A stretch of DNA of 33,613 bases from a virus. The position numbers and the translations under genes were made by a program. Positions 17,167 to 22,580 of the stretch are shown here, piece after piece. Every line of letters begins with the position of its first letter. The first letter of the stretch is position 1. The stretch lies in the IMG/VR virus record IMGVR_UViG_3300011008_000181, one strand, 5' to 3'. The notes beneath the pieces were generated by a model. The model did no database searches and had not been told where the DNA came from. It saw nothing but the letters and a program-made list of their open reading frames with translations.

Positions 17167-18222
17167 ATGAAGACAGAAAAGCACGTTTTAGACGCGATTT
17201 GTACGATAAAGAACGCGCTAAAAGCCTACCAAAAGGCGCGAAAGTGCAAAAGATACCGACCGGAAGTATTAAGGTTTGAAGCAAACAGAGAAACGAACCT
17301 TGCAAGGGCTATTTTAGACATAAGAAACGGGACATATAAGGCGGGGCGGTATTACGTCTTTAAGGTCTACGAACCAAAAGAACGCCTTATTATGGCTTTA
17401 CCGTTCTACGATCGAGTGATCCAACATATGATCGTAAACATTATCGAACCGATCTTTGAAAAACGCTTCGTCTTTCATTCTTACGCTTGCAGGAAAGACA
17501 AGGGCGCACACGCGGCAAGCGATACGCTTTCACGTTGGCTTTACAATTTGCAAGTAAAGCAGAAAAAGAAGATCTACGCTATTAAAGCGGACATACACCA
17601 CTATTTCCAAAGCATAGATCACGAAGTTTTAAAAGAAGAAGTTAGACGGTATATATCAGACAAAGCCGTTTTGAAGATATTAGACCATATTATCGACCAT
17701 AACGGGATCTATCCCGACGGCGTCGGTATTCCGGTCGGGAATTTGACGTCGCAATTATTCGCGAACGTCTATTTGAACATATTAGATCATTACATAAAGC
17801 ACAATTTGGGCGTCCGGTACTATTTGCGGTATATGGACGACTTTATTATTTTAGGGGAAGATCCGGCGGAGTTGCGAAAGGAATTGCAGCAGATAAACGA
17901 ATTTGTAGAAACCCGCTTGCATTTACACTTAAACCCGAAAACGACGATCATAGCGGCGAAAAACGGCGTTGATTTTGTGGGATATAGACACTTTCCGTCT
18001 TTTAGGATCTTACGAAAGGGCGCAACCCGCAGGATCAAGAAATTACTTCACGCGTTCAAAACCGGAGAAGTCGACGAAGAATTGTTCGACCGTTCTATGG
18101 AAAGCAGGATCGGACACGCACGCCACGCCGACACGTTCAAATTATGCGAGGAACTACGGGGCGAAGTTAAGCAAATAAAACTAATAACAAACGGGCGTTT
18201 TGATTGTGTAATATGTGGGTAA
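17167..18222 (+). CDS. DGR reverse transcriptase
   Basis: 351 aa with RT motifs including 'GIPVGNLTSQLFANVYL' (the DGR-type xGxxxSQ) and 'RYMDDFIILG' (YMDD). Adjacent to the TR. Confidence 0.95.
   Translation: MKTEKHVLDAICTIKNALKAYQKARKCKRYRPEVLRFEANRETNLARAILDIRNGTYKAGRYYVFKVYEPKERLIMALPFYDRVIQHMIVNIIEPIFEKRFVFHSYACRKDKGAHAASDTLSRWLYNLQVKQKKKIYAIKADIHHYFQSIDHEVLKEEVRRYISDKAVLKILDHIIDHNGIYPDGVGIPVGNLTSQLFANVYLNILDHYIKHNLGVRYYLRYMDDFIILGEDPAELRKELQQINEFVETRLHLHLNPKTTIIAAKNGVDFVGYRHFPSFRILRKGATRRIKKLLHAFKTGEVDEELFDRSMESRIGHARHADTFKLCEELRGEVKQIKLITNGRFDCVICG
18182..18221 (+). repeat. 40-nt repeat copy B (39/40 identical to 2362-2401), covering the last 13 codons of the RT ORF
   Basis: Direct alignment by eye. 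Only the 3' arm of the copy-A hairpin is present here. Confidence 0.9.
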
Positions 18223-18253
18223 ATCAAAGAAAACAGAAAGGAAACCGGAAACA

Positions 18254-18640
18254 ATGAACGAACCAATTATGTTTACCCCGCAGGACATTATAAACGCTAT
18301 TTTGGCGGTTTGTGGGGCTATATCAGTAGTTGCAGGGGCGACCGCCGTTATTGTGAAGTGTGTTACCGCTATGAGAAAGCCAAACAAGACACAAGACGAG
18401 CGCTTGGACGCATTAGAAGCGGACGTTAAGGACGTGAAAGAAAGGATCGACGCAGAGTGCGAACGAATAACAGATCGCTTTCACGACGACGGATCACACA
18501 TTGACAAGATCGAAGAAGCGAACGTCGTAACCCAACGCGCATTACTTGCGCTTTTGTCCCACTCAATCAACGGGAACGACATAGAAAGTTTGAAGCGGGC
18601 AAAAACAGACCTTGAAAATTATTTGACAAGTAATTCATAA
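18254..18640 (+). CDS. Membrane-anchored coiled-coil protein (lysis-module associated)
   Basis: ATG at 18254 is favoured over the GTG at 18215. Has one N-terminal TM segment ('ILAVCGAISVVAGATAVIV') followed by a coiled coil. Confidence 0.5.
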   Translation: MNEPIMFTPQDIINAILAVCGAISVVAGATAVIVKCVTAMRKPNKTQDERLDALEADVKDVKERIDAECERITDRFHDDGSHIDKIEEANVVTQRALLALLSHSINGNDIESLKRAKTDLENYLTSNS

Positions 18641-18663
18641 CAAGGCGCAGGGGGCGGGGAAAT

Positions 18664-18786
18664 ATGGCAATTTTGGTTTTGATTATAGTTTTAATGGGTT
18701 TCGGGCTATTATCCGCCGGACTTATTGCGGGAACGATCGCACTTGCGGAAATGGGAGAAGTCCAAAAGCACGAAAAGGAAAAGTGA
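18664..18786 (+). CDS. Small single-TM protein (40 aa), below the ORF-track cutoff
   Basis: Translates as MAILVLIIVLMGFGLLSAGLIAGTIALAEMGEVQKHEKEK. The RBS GGGGGCGGGG lies upstream. Confidence 0.4.
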   Translation: MAILVLIIVLMGFGLLSAGLIAGTIALAEMGEVQKHEKEK

Positions 18787-18790
18787 TTTT

Positions 18791-19078
18791 ATGAAAGGCA
18801 AAAGAAAAAAGAAGATCGAAACGTCGAAGATCCTTTTAATAGTATCGGACGTAATAACGGGAGTTTGTACCGTCGCGGCAATAGTCGCGGTCTTCGTAAT
18901 TAAGGACACAACGCCGCTTGTTTATCTTATTCCGGCGGCTTATGGTCTTTCGGCTACTTCCCACGGTTTCTATTATTGGAAAGCGAAAGCCGAAAACTTG
19001 CAGAAGTTCGGACGCCTTGACGCGGTAACAATGGAAGATCCGCAGGACATACCGGACGAAAACAATTTTACAGTTTGA
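18791..19078 (+). CDS. Two-TM membrane protein, holin-like
   Basis: The internal ATG at 18791 gives 95 aa: a basic N-terminus, two hydrophobic helices and an acidic C-terminus. Confidence 0.5.
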   Translation: MKGKRKKKIETSKILLIVSDVITGVCTVAAIVAVFVIKDTTPLVYLIPAAYGLSATSHGFYYWKAKAENLQKFGRLDAVTMEDPQDIPDENNFTV

Positions 19079-19096
19079 AAGGGGGGTAAACCACAA

Positions 19097-19441
19097 ATGA
19101 CAGTAACTTTATTTGCAACGATCCTTACATTGGGCGCAATGGCAAACGCGCTTTTAACGGAAGCGATCAAAAAAATGTATGAAAACGACGGGAAGACCTA
19201 TTCGGCAAACGTTGTCGCGCTTGCAGACGCTTTTATTATTGGCGGTTTGGGAACGGCGGCGGTTTATATGCTTATGGGTATTCCGTGGACGGTCAATAAT
19301 ATTATTTGCCTTGTTATTATGATCGTCGCGGTTTGGGTTGCTTCAATGGTCGGATATGATAAATTGATCCAACTTGTAAAGCAGATCGAAACCGTTACAC
19401 CAAAGCAGGCAGAAAACGCAGATCATAGAAAGGAAGTGTAA
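19097..19441 (+). CDS. Putative holin (multi-TM)
   Basis: 114 aa with about 3 TM segments. Ends 3 nt before the endolysin gene. Confidence 0.6.
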   Translation: MTVTLFATILTLGAMANALLTEAIKKMYENDGKTYSANVVALADAFIIGGLGTAAVYMLMGIPWTVNNIICLVIMIVAVWVASMVGYDKLIQLVKQIETVTPKQAENADHRKEV

Positions 19442-19444
19442 TTT

Positions 19445-20152
19445 ATGGGCGTTTATATCGGATCGGCAAGGATTGACGAAAGAGGAAAAGCAAGCGGCGG
19501 CGCGGTAGGAGATCAGAAGCAGACGGCGGCGCAGGACTACGCGGGCGAAGTATCAATGCAAAAGTTTTATGTAGCGTCAAAGGGTTGGAACATTCTTCGA
19601 GCAAAAGACGCAAATATCGCGCTTCGTATTGCGGCGGCAATGATAACCGCTTGTAATAACAAAAATATCGGCTACGATCAAAGTAACCGTTTAGGCGTTA
19701 TTAAATACGGGACGGGATCAACAGTAAAAACCGAGTGCGATTGTTCTTCCCTTGTAAGACAATGCGTAAAGGAAGCCGCAGGCGTTGACGCCGGAAACTT
19801 CACAACGGCAAACGAAAAGAATATGCTTACAAAAACGGGCTTATTCGACGCGCTTACTTATTCCGCAGGAATGACACTTTACACGGGCGACATTCTTAAA
19901 ACGCAGGGTCACACCGTAGTAGTTACAAGCGGCGCAGCGCGCAACACTTCGACCGGATCTTATTACCCCGTTTATTCGGGATCTACAACAAGCATTGTTG
20001 CCGCACTTGCAGCCGTAGGCGAGAAAGACACGTCTTACGCACACCGCGAGAAGATCGCAAAGGCAAACGGCGTCGCAGGATATAAGGGAACGGCAGCACA
20101 AAACACCGGACTTCTTAATTTGTTAAAGCAGGGCAAATTAAAGAAAGCATAA
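19445..20152 (+). CDS. Endolysin, Cys/His peptidase type (NlpC/P60- or CHAP-like) with a C-terminal wall-binding-like domain
   Basis: 235 aa. 'ECDCSSLVRQC' is a candidate Cys nucleophile and 'TQGHTVVVTSG' a candidate His. Follows the holin-like genes. Confidence 0.65.
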   Translation: MGVYIGSARIDERGKASGGAVGDQKQTAAQDYAGEVSMQKFYVASKGWNILRAKDANIALRIAAAMITACNNKNIGYDQSNRLGVIKYGTGSTVKTECDCSSLVRQCVKEAAGVDAGNFTTANEKNMLTKTGLFDALTYSAGMTLYTGDILKTQGHTVVVTSGAARNTSTGSYYPVYSGSTTSIVAALAAVGEKDTSYAHREKIAKANGVAGYKGTAAQNTGLLNLLKQGKLKKA

Positions 20153-20172
20153 ATCAAAGAAAGGGGTAAACA

Positions 20173-20754
20173 ATGGCAAAGAAAACCACAAAAGAAGCAG
20201 AAATCGAAGCAGCAGCAAAAGAGGAAGTAAAAGCCGAATTGCAGCAGGCGCAGGAAGAAGCGCAGCAGGCAGCGGGCGAAGAACCCGCCGACGACTTTAT
20301 GAACCCGCCGGAAGATCCAAAGACGGGACACCTTGACGCCGGACAGTTGGCGGAATGGAACAAAAAAGAACTTGTAGACCTTGCGAAAGATTTAGAAATC
20401 AAGGGCGCGCACGATATGAGCAAAGAAGATCTTATCGCGGCGATCGTTGCGGTTGAAGTGGAGATCCCAAACGAGGAAGAAGCAGGCGTAGAACCCGAAG
20501 AAGCAGGCGCGGAAGATCCGGCAGCGGACGAAGCGCAGGACGTGGAAAACTTCGAGGTTAAAAAGGGCGATACCGTACACTTAAAAGCCGTTATGCCTAT
20601 TTATGACAAGATCGGCGGCGATCAGATCGGAACGGCTTACAAGTATAACGCCTTACTTGTCGAGGAAGTAAAGAAGCAGGGCGACCGCGTTTACATCAAG
20701 GCAGAAGCGGGCTACATTGTGGCAAAGGACGAAGCAAACGTCTATATTATGTAA
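20173..20754 (+). CDS. Acidic hypothetical protein with a HeH/Rho-N-like motif
   Basis: 193 aa. Contains 'NKKELVDLAKDLEIKGAHDMSKEDLIAAI' and a beta-rich C-terminus. Good RBS. Confidence 0.5.
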   Translation: MAKKTTKEAEIEAAAKEEVKAELQQAQEEAQQAAGEEPADDFMNPPEDPKTGHLDAGQLAEWNKKELVDLAKDLEIKGAHDMSKEDLIAAIVAVEVEIPNEEEAGVEPEEAGAEDPAADEAQDVENFEVKKGDTVHLKAVMPIYDKIGGDQIGTAYKYNALLVEEVKKQGDRVYIKAEAGYIVAKDEANVYIM

Positions 20755-20908
20755 ATATGGACGGGGCAACGTCACGTTGTCGCGATCCTTGCAGCAGGAC
20801 GCGGGAACAAAGAAAACAAAATCTTCTTTTGGTCGAGAAGCAAGGAAAAATATCACACCACGAAAAAGCGGGGCGGGCTTAACTTATGTTAGTTCGCTTC
20901 GTTTTTTA

Positions 20909-20937
20909 TTGCCGTTTGGGTCAAAATAATATATAAT
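20909..20937 (+). promoter_or_regulatory. Candidate promoter TTGCCG-17-TATAAT upstream of the miaB-like fragment
   Basis: Hexamers at 20909-20914 and 20932-20937 with a 17-nt spacer. Confidence 0.35.
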
Positions 20938-20975
20938 ATCACGCGTCACATTAAAAGAAAAGAGGATAAACCACA

Positions 20976-21161
20976 ATGAACAATAACGACGAAATCGAAA
21001 AGATAATTGACGGGATAGATCTATCGAAGCCCGCGCCGGAAGAAGAACCGCAAAGACAATATTATTTCATCAAGAAAGCGCGGCAGATTGTAAAGAAAAG
21101 ATCCGAGGAATTAGGACGCCCGCTTTTCTGTAATATCGTAACTTTCGGTTGTCAAATGTAA
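20976..21161 (+). CDS. miaB: Truncated N-terminal fragment of tRNA methylthiotransferase MiaB (61 aa)
   Basis: Ends '...RPLFCNIVTFGCQM*'. 'T(F/W/Y)GCQMN' is the conserved first-Cys motif of the MiaB N-terminal domain. The ORF stops exactly where the Asn codon is expected (ATG TAA). Confidence 0.6.
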   Translation: MNNNDEIEKIIDGIDLSKPAPEEEPQRQYYFIKKARQIVKKRSEELGRPLFCNIVTFGCQM

Positions 21162-21225
21162 ACCGTATCACAGACGCGACAAACCGCATAAATAAAGGCT
21201 TTTCTAACTTGCCTATAACTTGCAA

Positions 21226-21252
21226 AGACGACGGAAACCCCGCCGTCTTTTT
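21226..21252 (+). terminator. Intrinsic terminator
   Basis: AGACGACGG-AAACC-CCGCCGTCT (one mismatch) followed by TTTTT. Confidence 0.6.
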
Positions 21253-21288
21253 GTTATAAATATTTTTTACATATTGCGCAATAACCTA

Positions 21289-21317
21289 TTGACATATTAC
21301 GCAATATGTATTATATT
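21289..21317 (+). promoter_or_regulatory. Promoter TTGACA-17-TATATT overlapped by the palindromic motif CATATTACGCAATATG
   Basis: The -35 hexamer is at 21289-21294 and the -10 at 21312-21317. Motif copies lie at 21270-21282 and 21293-21308. Confidence 0.55.
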
Positions 21318-21366
21318 ATAATTACCGAAAGGCAATAAACCACGCAAAAGAAAGGAATAAACCACA

Positions 21367-21585
21367 ATGACAAACGCAGAAATTAAAGCAAGAAACCTTA
21401 TAGCAAAGAGAAGCACCGAAGAACTTATCGCAGACTTTGAAGCGACCGAAACAAACAACGATCCTTATATCCCTACCGTTCGCGGTTGGATAATGGACGA
21501 GTTAGAAAGCAGAAACGAAACGGCTTTTGAAAAATGGATCGATAGCGAAGAAGAAAGCCCAAGAAAGTTTTTCATAGCAGCATAA
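21367..21585 (+). CDS. Hypothetical protein (72 aa)
   Basis: Carries the conserved leader AGAAAGGAATAAACCACAATG. Confidence 0.5.
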   Translation: MTNAEIKARNLIAKRSTEELIADFEATETNNDPYIPTVRGWIMDELESRNETAFEKWIDSEEESPRKFFIAA

Positions 21586-21592
21586 AACAAAA

Positions 21593-21610
21593 GGGGCGGG
21601 CAACCGCCCC
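21593..21610 (+). promoter_or_regulatory. Hairpin GGGGCGG-GCAA-CCGCCCC (copy 1)
   Basis: 7-bp GC stem with a GNRA loop and no T tract. Begins 8 nt after the stop codon. Confidence 0.6.
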
Positions 21611-21635
21611 GCACAAAAGAAAGGCGGGAAACAAT

Positions 21636-21800
21636 ATGCAGATCGAAACAGTAAGAGAACTTAAAGGCTACAAAGTCCAAAGATACGCAGGAACGCGCGG
21701 ACACTTCTTCGTAAATATCCGAGAGGGTAAAGGCTTCCGAGAGTTCCACACATTCAAGACCATAAAAGCCGCGGTCGAGTTTATCGAAAAGGCTTTATAA
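21636..21800 (+). CDS. Hypothetical protein (54 aa), below the ORF-track cutoff
   Basis: Translates as MQIETVRELKGYKVQRYAGTRGHFFVNIREGKGFREFHTFKTIKAAVEFIEKAL. RBS AAAGGCGGGA. Confidence 0.4.
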   Translation: MQIETVRELKGYKVQRYAGTRGHFFVNIREGKGFREFHTFKTIKAAVEFIEKAL

Positions 21801-21808
21801 ACCACAAA

Positions 21809-21826
21809 GGGGCGGGCAACCGCCCC
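21809..21826 (+). promoter_or_regulatory. Hairpin GGGGCGG-GCAA-CCGCCCC (copy 2)
   Basis: Identical 18-mer to 21593-21610, again just after a stop codon and just before an AAGAAAGGCGGGA RBS. Confidence 0.6.
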
Positions 21827-21850
21827 GATCATCAAGAAAGGCGGGATCTT

Positions 21851-22237
21851 ATGACGTTAGAAGAATTTTACGCGGACGAAGCGGCAGCAGCCGAAGAACG
21901 AAGAAAGACAATGTATCGTTGTTTGACTTGCGGCGCAGCATTTACCGGAGAAGAAGCGAAAGAATACGACGAAGCAATCGGCGACTTTTGGGGAACGCCC
22001 GCGCTTGATACGTTTAGACTATGCCCGCATTGCGACAACGAAGACATTGTTAAAATGCAGGGCGGCGAAAGAAAATATAAAATATGGGGCGGCGACGTTG
22101 AAGAAAAAGACGCACTTTATATTTGGGCGAAAGACGCCGACGAAGCGTTCCACAAGATCGCAAGGGAAATCGACAAGACGGTTACGTCTACACAATGGAC
22201 GGGTGAAGAATACAAGCAGGAAAGGGGCAAACAATGA
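21851..22237 (+). CDS. Hypothetical zinc-ribbon protein
   Basis: 128 aa with 'CLTCG...CPHCD'. Confidence 0.5.
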   Translation: MTLEEFYADEAAAAEERRKTMYRCLTCGAAFTGEEAKEYDEAIGDFWGTPALDTFRLCPHCDNEDIVKMQGGERKYKIWGGDVEEKDALYIWAKDADEAFHKIAREIDKTVTSTQWTGEEYKQERGKQ

Positions 22238-22524
22238 GCGTTAAGGATATAAGCAAAACCAAGTCCGATAAAACGGACACCAAAACAAACGAAGCGGCAG
22301 CAGGCGCGACAGATCCGGCAGGGCAGCAGGAAAAGACCTTTAACCAAGTCGCCTATATGAACGAATACAACCGGAACAATTACGACCGCGTTAATTTGAC
22401 TATGCCAAAGGGTAAAAAAGCGATCGTAAAGGAAAGGGCAGCAGGACTTAAAAAGAGCGTAAACGAATACATAAACGACCTTATAAACGCAGATCTTGAA
22501 CAAAAAGAAGCGGGCGGAGAATAA
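22234..22524 (+). CDS. Putative ribbon-helix-helix (Arc/CopG-like) DNA-binding protein
   Basis: 96 aa. 'YDRVNLTMPKGKKAIVKERAAGLKKSVNEYINDLI' fits a beta-strand plus two helices. Shares a 4-nt ATGA overlap with the upstream gene. Confidence 0.45.
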   Translation: MSVKDISKTKSDKTDTKTNEAAAGATDPAGQQEKTFNQVAYMNEYNRNNYDRVNLTMPKGKKAIVKERAAGLKKSVNEYINDLINADLEQKEAGGE

Positions 22525-22536
22525 CCGCCCGTTTTT
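22511..22536. terminator. Terminator between convergent genes
   Basis: CGGGCGG-AGAATAA-CCGCCCG followed by TTTTT. Lies between the + strand accessory-gene operon and the 3' end of the - strand integrase gene. Confidence 0.65.
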
Positions 22537-22580
22537 ATTATGCCTTTCGTTCCCTTTTTCTACACTTTTCACCCTATTTA

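Larger units (their letters stand above)
15154..18222 (+). mobile_element. Diversity-generating retroelement cassette: target(VR)-avd-TR-spacer-RT
   Basis: See the component features. The architecture is the same as the Bordetella phage BPP-1 mtd-avd-TR-brt cassette. Confidence 0.93.

Noticed and set aside
17167-18222. I considered whether the RT could be a retron, a group II intron RT or an Abi-type RT.
   Set aside because: It has the DGR-type xGxxxSQ motif. It is flanked by an Avd gene and a TR/VR pair with an adenine-only mismatch pattern. There are no intron RNA domains or msr/msd-like inverted repeats.
20717-20929. A 70-aa ORF lies in the 220-nt gap after the acidic protein gene.
   Set aside because: It overlaps the end of the upstream gene in another frame, has no RBS and has an implausible basic composition. 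The region more likely holds a terminator and the promoter of the miaB-like fragment.
22117-22572. A 151-aa - strand ORF lies opposite the zinc-ribbon and RHH genes.
   Set aside because: Its Phe/Cys/Val-rich composition is what antisense reading of Lys/Glu-rich genes produces. The + strand ORFs have strong RBSs and operon-style overlaps, and a terminator at 22511-22536 fits the + strand operon.
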